Position numbers and translations under genes: made by a program. Below, one piece after another: positions 24,067 to 36,548 of a stretch of DNA of 64,000 nt. This DNA is from Trichoplax sp. H2 (Eukaryota): positions 310,001 through 374,000 of the forward strand of contig NOWV01000018.1 of the NCBI GenBank assembly GCA_003344405.1, in the 5' to 3' direction. Each line of letters begins with the position of its first letter. Position 1 is the stretch's first letter. A model generated the notes under the pieces. It did not search any database. It was not told the DNA's origin and saw only the letters and a program-made list of their open reading frames with translations.

Positions 24067-27000
24067 TTAAATACTTATGGCGTTGGGAATATTTTTCGGG
24101 TTCAAATGATTGTAAGCTATACGTCTGTGCTTATTTCTCTCATCAATTATTGCCGAAGCTTCCTTGAGTTCAATATTAAATCTATTGAATAAGAAAATAA
24201 CAATTTAATCTTGTTAAAATCAAATTCTAGAAATAGTACGTGAAGTATAGGTGAGAATTTGCTCCATTTATGTCATAAACTAAAGGCTATTGGATGATTA
24301 TTTGTGCTGTTATAATTCAGATTAAAATATCGATAATACCATCAAATAACTTACTGTTTTAATGCTGCTACCCCCACTGGATCATAGGTGTAATTGACCT
24401 CAAAATCGCCCAATGATTCCGTCGCACGCTGACTAAGAACCCTGGTAATTGTCATTATGCTTACAGTCATGGGTTTGTTAGGTAACTGCTTAAGGAGATC
24501 AGCTTCAGTGATGGGTGACTAAAGTTTAGGTATCAAGGATAGAGCAATTATGAGCATATTTTGATATTTCCGTAGATATACAGTATTGTAGTATTCGTAC
24601 ATCCAGCCACTAAAGTATAAAGTTTAACAAATCTTGTACCTCAGTGAATTGTAGGCTATTGTACTAATATTATACTAAATTACGTGGATTAATTAAGTCT
24701 TTAGTAAAGTAGTTTCGAGTCCAAGTAACTTACTGTACATAACTACCAAAATTACTAACGAAATAGTTATCGTCATGTTTTCTTAATCGGTACAAAAACT
24801 AAGATACTATAGTAATCCAACGATATCTAAATCACTTCTAATAACTTCAACTATAGTTTTAATATTTAATTTGTATCGATACGTACTAATAGTTTAACAA
24901 CTAACTAAATGACTTTCTATAGTAGCTATCAACACGACGATCTCTAGAATATACAAAAATATACTTTATCTCGTGGTGCTTTCCCGTTCATAAATGCTGG
25001 ATAATTAGGGGGGAAACCATATTCATCGTATTGGCCAAAGTTAACTGCTGCATGGATAGCACTGGAAGTAAATATGAATGATGTGAATGCACTAATAATT
25101 TCTTCCTGTGTTTTAAATTTGCCGTTGCCGGGTACTCCTTTAATTTCACAACCCTCAGGATAAGGTGCTACAAGTATTTCAGCAAAATTTTGCAATTCGA
25201 AATCATTGGCTATATCATTCTTATTTTTATAATGGCCATTAACAACCCCAGCAACATAATTCTTGATGCAGTTCCAAACAAGTAATCCATCATCTCGATA
25301 AGGATAATCTGGCAGTACTTTGGGATCATCCAGCTATTTAGTTGGAGAATAAAAATCAACATTAAATAATTGTAGTCCATAATACGCTAGTGGTTAGATC
25401 GAAGCGATATATAACTTATTTATAAAATCATAAATGACTTCCATGATAATCTCTTAGCTGCGTGAATTAAACTATCTCGCCGTTATAGCTATACTCGTAC
25501 CTTACGGGCTTTAATTTCTTCCGGCAGGGTACCTTCAACATCTAATCGCCACACTTTGAAATGGTGAGCGATAATATCTAATACCCCATCACGGCCAGCT
25601 GTCATAGTTGTGTCTATCCAGCCATCAGGTGCTAATAGGGATGTAATCGCTAAACTATATTTAACGATTGAAGGAGAAATGATCAGAGCACTGAATAGCA
25701 ATTTAAGTTTTAAGTTACATCGATGAATGTACAGTATTATGTATTAATTTAGTTTATAATGTTGATAGGATAATTTAGGGTATATCAGTATTGCGCTAAA
25801 TCGCATCAATTTAGGGTTCTACCTGTTGATAGCCATAAGGTAAAGGAAATGAGGTGCGATCAGACGATGCAAGGGATGAGACATGCTTAGTGTGCGATTA
25901 ACAGCCACTGCAATGGATTCAATGATCAAGTGGGTGAAGCCTGAATTTATAGTAAATTTAGATAGAATTCAATAAATTGTATACTGTACAATGTATACAT
26001 ACTAATGCAATGACTAAAATAATAATTCTAATACTATATTAAATATCGTCACAAAACAAAGCTCTGATAGTATAAAGATTGTAGATTGTAGAAAAGAACC
26101 TATCTTTACGTAAACTTTTACCTAAATGCGTGCTAGATTGATGAACCATAGCATCAGCATTGTTGTAAAACATTTTGGCTAACTTCCAGACATTTCCATC
26201 GGTCGGCAGGAAAACCTACAGTACGTGCGTCATAATTCAAATAGCGTCAAAAATTAAATTATATTATATTATTGAAATTTTAAACAGTACATTATCTTAT
26301 TAAAGAGGTAATGGTGAAGTGCCATCATGCTCTCCAACATTACTATCATTTGCTGTATTTACCGTATGGGGATATCTCTTGTCGGTAGTTGCAAACAATT
26401 GTATCGCAACGGGTGTTAATTCATCTTCTTTATTTAAGTAGAAGAGTGCATAAGGATGTACCAGCTAGGAAATATAAAGTAGCAAGCAGATGTAGAGTCT
26501 TAATTCAATATGTGTACTAGATGATTTCAAATGCTATAGAATATAATGGAGCAGATGATATTTTAGATAGAGATTTTTTAAAGTTTTGTATCACATACAT
26601 ACATAGTTCTGTATGTGGGTGATCTTTCTATAGGAAAGAGTATAGTACAACAGCTTGTTAATAACTATGAATAGCTAACCTCTTTGTCAAGCGGAACACC
26701 CGCAAGCGGTACACTATGTAGCATTGATAAATCGCAAAGGAAAATTTTATTCTTGCTGACAGCGTCATCTAAAGTGTAGCCTTCCAAGAATGGCTTAAGC
26801 ATGTCGTTCGTAACATCGAGACTAATTAATATATAGAAGGTTTTACCGTTAATTTACGTACAATCTTTAAGTAGTCTTTTAAGATTATTAAATTTGCATC
26901 TTACGCTGACGGAATTTTGGTACATAATTGCATTATAACCGGATTACAGCCTTGGGTGCGCTGTTTGGCGAAATAGCTGTCCTCATCCCATCTATATCTG

Positions 27001-28732
27001 CCCTAATAAGCAATAGATAGTAATGGGAAGGGTTAATCCATTACAAAGGATATTTTTCTGGTTTCCCTACGAATGTACAACTTCATATTGATACCAACAT
27101 GAATGAAGTTCTAATTATCAACATTAAGAGGCGACAAAACAGTATTTGTCAGTAATAGTTCAACTTCCTCTAGCATACCTGAGGAACGTCAAAGCCACAC
27201 CCTGTCTGATAGAGGTTGCTGATATCATCCACTGACTTCCAATCGCCGCTGAAAACCTTTGCTAGGTTGCCCACAATGCCTAAACTGGCTCCTGATAGTA
27301 TTAGAACATCATTCTATATCCGAATAAAATATAGGACGGCAAATAATTCTCTTAGATACACACGTATAAATATCTGAAAATTACCGCGAGAAATTCATAA
27401 TTTATTTAATCTTCTTTAATCATTAATACCTTAAATTAAAGTACATCAAATCTATTTAACTACAACATTAGTAATATGATAAGAAAGACAGTAATTTAAA
27501 ATCTCAAACGCTTTACACCTACTTGGTAGTGGTCGGTGAACATTTCTTGTTGAGGTAAATCTTTAACCTGCGGTTAGTTAATAAATAAGGGTATTAAAAA
27601 AAACTGAACAGTAAATTATCACATTGCCACGCCAACACATTTATTATATTATTAAGTAAATAACTGTTCAAATGAACAGCTCGAAGTCAAATACATTATA
27701 TAATAGTTTTATGTGTCATAACTATAAAGTAATTTCAAATGCTGTGATCGTATTTGATAGAATACAATATATAACAATGCATAATTGCACTTGTGGCGTT
27801 GCAGACAACTTGATAAAGGCATAGCTTAGCTGATTGCTTTAGCTGATTGCTTATACGATCGTTACTCAAGTAATAAGGATTTACTATGCATATCTCGACG
27901 TGATTTAGACAATGCTTATGGTAATTTCTTGCTATCTAATGAAACAATAGGTTCCATAAGCATGTAATATAATATCAATCTTCGATATCTAACTCGAATT
28001 AGATATAATTAATTACAATAGACCATAGTACATATCTGATCTTCATTTACGTCCGCTTACAAGACTGGGAAATTAAATTGAATTTATAAAAAAATTTTTA
28101 CAAATATTTAGCAGTAATGTAAAGGAATCGTGATTTTTTCTACTTTTTACGACCCCAAAATCATAAAAATTTGTCATTTGAGTTGATACTACTATTGCGT
28201 TGGCTTTTAAAAGTTGTACACCAGAAGATATTTGCTGTTATTTATTTAGTACCTGTGCAGGAACACCAGGAAATTTCCTATCAAGTACGTAGTGTGTCTG
28301 CTTTTCCTGGATTTCTTTTGCACGTTGCTGAGGTGATGCATCATTTTGGGGTAAGGAACAATCCCACTTTTGAATTTTTAAGGTAACATACTGTCTTAAC
28401 CAACGATTGATTGGGAAGTAGACTGGTGCGGGCGTACCTCCGACCTGTTCATTGACGACCCAAACACATTCACAAAACCAGTTACCACCAAATCCCCAAA
28501 TGCCACGACTGATTTCAATAAATTTAAGATCAGCTAAGCCAGATATATCGCTGACAGGGAACTTATTCGTTTGGCCTTTTTCGAATTTACCTCCAAATAT
28601 ATCATCAGTAAGGGTAATATTGCGTGATTTTTTACCGTTGACATCGATGAATGTTATATAGATACTGACATCAGTGCTAGCGCCTTTATAATCTGCAGTT
28701 TTAATGTAAATGGTGTAATCCGGGTTAGACAT
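24067..28732 (-). CDS. Lipoxygenase (N-terminal PLAT domain + non-heme iron LOX domain), 13 exons, intact
   Basis: Exon 1 PLAT (DYTIYIKTADYKGASTD..FEKGQ..WFCE..FPINRW). WDEDSYFAKQRTQGCNP; LTPVAIQL; WKLAKMFYNNADAMVHQSSTHL|GFTHL; HPLHRLIAPHFLYLMAINS; YPYRDDG; SAIHAAVNFGQY; C-terminus PNAISI* (stop 24067-24069). All five canonical iron-ligand positions (3 His, Asn, terminal Ile) are present. Boundaries of the small exon 6 (~26596-26628) are tentative. Confidence 0.95.
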
Positions 28733-29400
28733 GATGAAGCTGATTCTGTGATTCCTATTTCAATGATTAACGCTGAGCTCGGGATAAGAACATTCACGTT
28801 TAACGGTAGATCAGTTATTGACCAGAGTGGCACTTGAATCGAATGACAGATCGATTGGGTTGCTCCGCCGAATCGATAATTCGTTCTGAATAAAGTTTCC
28901 AGGTAGTCCACTAGCATTTAAATACGCGTATAAAACAATAGTGTCTCTGCCACTTATCTTGTGTAGCCTGATCATTGGCTATTTCTTTTAGTAAACAAGT
29001 TTTCTAGCTAACCAATAGGTGATTTGTACCGACCTCTAATAATTAATTACTAATTATAATTGACCGTCCATGGTATTTGTTTTAATATTACAGTAATTCC
29101 ACCTTTCAATCAATGCGAATGTTTAGGTCTTTTGAAATAGAAGCACCTTGTCTTTATAATGTTATCCGGCGCCATTATGTACTTAAACAATGTAATTATT
29201 TTTTTCTCAGTTTTGTCGTCAATTTTATCGCATATCAGTGATTACTCCAGTGCATTTTAAAATCACGTTATATATAAAAATACGATTAGGCTAAATCTTA
29301 TTAAGCTATTATTGTCTATGTACAAAATTAGCTCACTTGGAAGCTGATTGCTTTTTAATGCCTTCTTGAAATTGGCTCTTTATACAATTTAAATATTAAG

Positions 29401-32400
29401 CCATATTGTGTGTTGTCTGTTTGTATCATCATCGAAGACGCGAGGACTGCCACCCTCTATCATAATTACGTATTTTTCTCGTCCTTACTTTAGTTGTCGA
29501 TTTTATGTCTTATAAATGATTCTAGTATAAATTATAGAGTAAGATACTATATACTATTCAGTGTAAATGTAATTGTACGTTATGCAAATGGGAGTGAAGA
29601 TACAGAACACTACTTTGCAAAAGTAATCAATTAATTGAAATTGATCTAGCTCGAAATCGAGTCACTAAGCTGAGCTAATCTGACTCGCAAATGTGTTATT
29701 AGTCTCTGATTCCAGTATTCAGAGAACAGACTAGATCAGAAATAATTTTAATGTTCGAAATACTTCATGCATGAGGAGCTAGAATAGTTATAAAATGTTA
29801 ACGCCTTTGACATAAAAAGCTCTCGTTGTATTAAAACCTTCTTATTATGTGTACATGGAGTGTGTACGCGTCTGTGAACACCTTGCACGCAATTGTAAGA
29901 TTGTGATTAGTTAACTTTGTAAGCCCCCACTTATTGTTATTAAAGTTTTTCAAGTTCCTTACGCCATTGTTCTATGAAATTTTGAAATCTACTTTGATTC
30001 CTTCTACTGTATATAATTCAATTCCATTAAACAGAGTACGAAATGATCGATTTTTCTTTTTGCAGTAGTTTCGCTTATAGCGATCCTTTCTCCCTTTCAG
30101 TCACTGAAACTATAGCAATTATCGCCAAAAATAACCTAATTTTGTCGTTGACACTTCCCTACGCTATACTAAGCGACTCCTCTTTTCATTTAGACCTGCA
30201 ATCAAACTTTATTCTTCAAAGTTCCCATTTGTGCTTGTTGAAGTTTTCTGTTACTTCACATTTTTCGTCGCCTTTTATATTGGATTTCTTCATCAGTGGT
30301 TATTATCATCACAAAGGATATACTGGATATACAGTACTGTGCCATATTGTATGCTGTTTGTTTGTATTAACATCGAGGACACGAGGACTGCCACCCTCTA
30401 TCATAATTACGTATTTTTCTCGTCCTTACTTTAGTTGTCGATTTTATGTCTTATAAATGATTCTAGTATAAATTATAGAGTAAGATACTATATACTATTC
30501 AGTGTAAATGTAATTGTACGTTATGCAAATGGGAGTGAAGATACAGAACACTACTTTGCAAAAGTAATCAATTAATTGAAATTGATCTAGCTCGAAATCG
30601 AGTCACTAAGCTGAGCTAATCTGACTCGCAAATGTGTTATTAGTCTCTGATTCCAGTATTCAGAGAACAGACTAGATCAGAAATAATTTTAATGTTCGAA
30701 ATACTTCATGCATGAGGAGCTAGAATAGTTATAAAATGTTAACGCCTTTGACATAAAAAGCTCTCGTTGTATTAAAACCTTCTTATTATGTGTACATGGA
30801 GTGTGTACGCGTCTGTGAACACCATACACGCAATTGTTAGATTGTGATTAGTTAACTTTGTAACCCCCTACTTATTGTTATTAAAGTTTTTCAAGCTCCT
30901 TACACCATTGTTCTATAAAATTTTGAAATCTACTTTGATTCGTTCTACTGTATATAATTCAATTCCATTAAACAGAGTACGAAATGATCGATTTTTCTTT
31001 TTGCAGTAGGTTCGCTTATAGCGATCCTTTCTCCTTTTCAGCCACTGAAACTATAGCAATTATCGCCCAAAATGACCTGATCTTGGTCGTCGACACTTCC
31101 CTACGCTATACTAAGCGACTCCTCTTTTCATTTAGACCTGTAATCAAACTTTATTCTTCAAAGTTCCCATTTGTGCTTGTTGAAGTTTTCTGTTACTTGG
31201 ACGAGGAAATTGTTTGCCACTACAGCGGAAAAACATTGCTTTAATTAAGTTATTGTTCTATGGTTAGAGGAGGTGTGGCATAGTTCTTGCTACAGTACAT
31301 ATTGTACAGTACAACAAACAGTAGCATTTAAGGAGGTGTGGCATAAGTGAGTAGGAAGTGTGCTATGAGTGTCTGAAAGCTGTGAAATCTCGAACACGTG
31401 ACCATTAAGAACTCAAATGTTGGTCTTTTTCCTGCTTCCCCTTCCACATTTTTCGTCGCCTTTTATATTGGATTTCTTCATCAGTGATCCTTCTATTTTC
31501 CAATCGATGGATTACCCTAGTAAAGTTGCAGTAGCAATACTGCAAATGAAAAATACGGAGTTAACTGCATATTGGGTATTTCCCTTCTTCAAATAGAGCA
31601 AAATACGGGCACAATAATGTTAGCAGCCTATATAGTTTTCTCCAGTTGATTGCTTCTATTTTCTGTACTTATTATTGGCTTTGAATTCAGTCTTTATACT
31701 GTACTGTCATTAGTCAATCATGATTAATAACATTCGTATATATCCTATACCTTGGTGATATCTTGTTCTTGGTTGTTATCATCACAAAGGATATACTGGA
31801 TATACTGTGCCATATTGTATGTTGTTTGTTTGTATTAACATCGAGGACACGAGGACTGCCACCCTCTATCGTAATTACGTATTTTTCTCGTCCTTACTTT
31901 AGTTGCCGATTTTATGTCTTATAAATGATTCTAGTATAAATTATAGAGTATGATACTATATACTATTCAGTGTAAATGTACTTGTACGTTATGCAAATGG
32001 GAGTGAAGATACAGAATACTACTTCGCAAAAGTAATCTATTAATTGAAATTGAGCTAGCTCGAAATCGAGTCATTAAGCTGAGCTAAGCTGACTCGCANA
32101 TGTATTATTAGTCTGTGATTCCAGTATTCAGAGAACAGACTAGATCAGAAATAATTTTAATGTTNNNNNNNNNNNNNNNNNNNNNNNNNNNNNNNNNNNN
32201 NNNNNNNNNNNNNNTGTTTGGCACTACAGTACTGTACAGCGGAAAAACATCGCATTAATTAATAAGTTATTGTTCTACGGTTAGAGGAGGTGTGGCATAG
32301 TTATTGTTACAGTATAATACAACATAGGATGGAGGTGTGGTATGAGTGCTGAAAGCTGTGAAATCTGGAACACGTGACCATTGAGAGCTCAAATGTTGGA

Positions 32401-32507
32401 CTAATTTCCTGTTAGCCTTCTACTTTTTTCGTCGTCTTTATATTGGATTTCTTCATCAGTGATCCTTCTATTTTCTAATCAATGGATTACCCTTGTAAAG
32501 TTGCAGT
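29401..32507. repeat. Recent tandem segmental duplication, ~1.47-kb unit, three copies (first internally deleted, third broken by an N gap)
   Basis: Near-identical CCATATTGT...GAGGACTGCCACCCTCTATC.TAATTACG starts at 29401, 30342 and 31810. 32215-32507 matches 31211-31530. N gap at 32165-32214. Confidence 0.92.
31536..31790 (-). pseudogene. Duplicated fragment of the importin-alpha-like copy A 5' region
   Basis: Near-identical to 20711-20965 (exon 1 end DDNNQEQDITK, intron, exon 2 KLNS..NQLEK, and the next intron). Confidence 0.88.
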
Positions 32508-35500
32508 AAATAGCGTCTAGCAGCCTACTTTTCTATAGACAATTTACTATTATCATGATTAATATTAAAACATGGTAAAGATTATGATTATAATCAGGTT
32601 AGCTATGGATTAAGTCGGCTTTTAAATAATGCCGTTTTACGCTCGAGGCTATTTTTGAGCAGCATCAGGGGTAGCGGAGTCAATGCCTGTATACAACGAT
32701 TGTAAGTGATAGTTTGAGATCGAAAAAGTACAGAAAAATACGATACAGTATTGATTTAATTATACAACTCCGTATGTCGGCTAGCGGGAGAAGGATAATG
32801 ATAGGCAATGTATAACATATATACAACTTGCTTCAATTTACAGTATTCATAGCGTATCTCATTTATATTTTGAGGGTTAACAAGTGGACATGTGTCAGGG
32901 ATTTTTTATTCCCTTCCTTCGTAGAATAGGATAATGATATCCCAATCCAATCTCGAACGTAAGAAAGGGCCAACGTACTATAGTGTATCATTATTGCAGA
33001 TACTTGTTGCATAGCATATGTATTAGTCAAAAGAGTTCAAAATTTGTTTAGTGCAATATTTAGACGAGAATAGTTTTTGTTTGCAGTGAAATTAAAATGT
33101 CAGATGGACCCATATGAATCTTCTTGCGTAGACCTGTATTGTGTCTATGGGATACATTTTATTGTTTTGCTACTTGAATCCTAGAATCACAATGAAGGTA
33201 CTCGTGATCTAGAATTGATTATAAACCTCACTTACTGTACTTTGAATTACTGTAACCTTTTATGACCTTTCTGCTATTAGAGTGATTAATAATCTCATAC
33301 ACTTGCAAATAATCCAAGTATCTCTTCCTAGAATAATTAGAAATGTAAACTTGAACAGTCTGTAGATATGCGAAATAAACAGCCATATTGCTATTTAAAT
33401 CAAGATTAAATATTAGTTGCGTCTCTATTATACTTCCAGTAAATGATTTTTGTTTGAGCGTGTAATAAATCTGCTGCTTTTTAATTTTCCAAAAATTATA
33501 ATCATGAACTGTTCGTGCAGAACAGCTTATTGCGGGGTTTTCGTCAACAAAAAATCTCTCCAATTAGCTTGTTTACGATCTGAAGATCATAAACAATAAT
33601 TATAATTTTTGAAAACATCGATTAACCTACTGGTACATCCTTTGGATTAACAACCTAATCACACTTGGACTTGTTATTGCTAATTGTAAACAACTCTATA
33701 ATGTTGACAACGGTAGTAATACATACATTATAATCATTGTAGATTAATAGGGTAGGCTTTTAAAAATGTGATAAAATAGTGTTACCAACTATCGGTCTTT
33801 GTATCAAAGAATAATACTACTACTACTTACTGTTTATTTTCTTTTATCTTTATGGCTATGACTTGTTGCTAATATAGTTGGTCGATTGTGTTTATTTAAG
33901 TATTTAATGTTCCAGATAAGTTATGCGCAGTGATTAATCTCCAAATAAGTTCCAAGAAAAACGAGAACTTTATTTGGAAGCTTCCATCTACACAATGCTA
34001 GCTCTTTTCAATATTTTCATCTGAGGATGAGTCATACGTATGTCTTCTGATTTTATACTAAAACTACTGATTTTCTAATTTAGGCTAAAATAAACTCTAT
34101 TCATAATGTTTACGCCTTCTATTCGCTGAAACTCTCTAGTACTTGGATGAGATAATTGATTATATCAAGAGGGATGCCAGTTTTGTCAGCCCAGCTCCTG
34201 TTTCATACTAAAATAACTATCAGTAATTTTCTGTATAGACAAACGATAAAACTTTATTCTCAGATTTCTCCCCTTCTAGTTTTACATTAGATGATCTAAA
34301 CCAATTTAGTACGGCAAGGACGATAAAATCACTATCTGAACCCAAGGAAGGTAAAAAAAAACTATTACATTTCATCCTCCGAATTTGCTGCATTAACTGT
34401 CTGTAAATACTTTAATCTTCTGTATAAGCTGTAAGAAAGGTTCATTCTTTAAGCTAACGCCTAATTGTAATTATCGAAGCTAATTAGTAGAGCGAAGATC
34501 TAAGTTAGAGTTCTTAATCTGACAATATGTTTTGGCCAATAAACCAAAAAATTAACAGGTATAAATAACACTGTAATTTTAAAATTGATAGAATAATTAT
34601 CTAAATAGTTATTCAAGTTAATAACGCGCTCAAAATCTGGTCATAGACAGATAGGAATAAAATATTAGCAATTGTGTGTTGTATTACAGTTGCAATCTTG
34701 CTGCTCTTGGTTACCAGGAGCTTGATTTCATCAAGATCTGACGTAAAATATTGGCACCAAAGCAATGCAATAACTATCGGTTTATAATGTTAACACAAAT
34801 GATTATTCAAGACAGAGATATGAAATTGTGATAAAATTGCCATATTACTAATGAGCGAAATTTGACTACCTTTAACTATCAAAATCTTAAAATCATTAAA
34901 ATGTGACTTAAAAACTATAGCAAAAATCATTTTTATTCAAGACATATACGCTATCCTGAAAATACAATTGATGTCTAGTTTGTTTGGAACATAGTCAGAA
35001 TGAACCGATAATACTATGTACTAGATGTGATCCAGTTACTATTCATACAAAATGTTATGTAGCCTACAAATTCCTTTTAGAGGTCTGTAACGACGGCATT
35101 AATAGCTTTGACAGCAACTAGCTCTTCTATTTTAAGACTTTAAAGTTGAGTAAGATTTCATAGATTTTGTATCCTACCTTTATTGTCTGTTACCATATTG
35201 GCTTCTTTCGATAATTATTATTTTATAGCTACGGTAATAATGACTACATGTATCAATAAGCTTCAGGTAGATTAAATTTGACTATACGATATTGCAAACA
35301 TATGGGATAAATTTTACCCTTTGATGAGCTCTTATGACATACAGTATTGATTGATTTAGGTATTGAACAATACAAGGATTAAAATTATTTAATAAGGTAA
35401 TTCCCACCCTTTTTACTACTGTGTAAATAAACATTGTATAAATTACCGTATCGCCAAAGCCACGACGTGAAAGTGGTAAATTAACATGAAGAATAAAATT

Positions 35501-36548
35501 ATCAATTATAGATAGCAAATTATACGTACCGTTACTTAAAGTATGAAAGAAAACAATCTTTTACAAGCTATAGATTGTGAAAATAAATTTTAGATGGCAA
35601 TCAACGCACGAAACAATATAACTTTTCAAGATATAAAGTGTAAAGCAAGCTTATCATGATAAATATACGATTATTTTGTAATTTATCGGATTTGATCCTA
35701 CCAGAAAATTTTTTTCTTTCATATACTAATTCTATATGGATACAACTATTTTATCAATTAGTAGCAATGAGGCAATCAATTTACCAAAGTAAATACCACT
35801 TTTCGACTGGCATCAATTACATTATCGAAATCAAAATCTGATTTCTAAATGCACATGACTAGAGTTTTAAAATCTGGATGAAGACGTTATGTAAATATTA
35901 TTATATGATGATAATCGTAGCAGCATGAACCATTCTAGAAAGGACGTAGGTGCTAGGAGCTCATAATGTAGGTCCACGTTACTTAACATAAATGTGAGGA
36001 ATCAAGATTTTATTAGTACTTTAGAGGGCGATGAGTTACCAGTATGGTAGATATAGCAGTTTGTCAAATTTTAATTCTCCATAACACTATGTAAAAATGA
36101 TTACAATACAGTATGTCTGTTTCCAACACTTAAATATTGAACCTTTACGGTAATTCTTTGGTTATGTGGATTAATTAATTGGTTCATTGTTTCATTTTTT
36201 ATTAATCTGCTGAAGTTAATACTGGCATTCGTTATAAGTGAGCTATTTCACGGATTTGGTCAACTGCTGAGTGCATTTCATTCAGTATCCTTATAAATTG
36301 TATCTATTATGGGTCTGAAGCGAGGACTTTAGCAGGAGATACGCAACATTAGTTAGGCTAGAATTGTTACCGGACCATCGTTATTACTTGCATAATTTTA
36401 CAGGTATGTATAGCTAAAGCTTCGTTTCTTTTGGGTTATTTGAAGTCTTAAGCATAGGAATGAAAAGACTTGTGATACACTATATGTGAATGGAGTAGTC
36501 AAATCTTAGCTTTAGCTGTGCAAAATTGTAGCTGATTAGAAATAAAAT

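Noticed and set aside
28171-28917. ORFs 28171-28386 (+), 28452-28661 (+) and 28654-28917 (-)
   Set aside because: Antisense or alternative-frame shadows of the LOX PLAT exon.
30043-31244. ORFs 30043-30456, 30231-30434 and 30984-31244
   Set aside because: They lie in the tandem duplication, their frames differ between near-identical copies, and they have no recognisable motif.
28733-33000. Catalase-like allene oxide synthase domain fused upstream of LOX, as in coral AOS-LOX
   Set aside because: No catalase-like exons were recognised; the region is occupied by the tandem duplication.
33228-35841. ORFs 33228-33563, 35282-35518 and 35656-35841
   Set aside because: Composition typical of random AT-rich DNA; no motif or splice context found.
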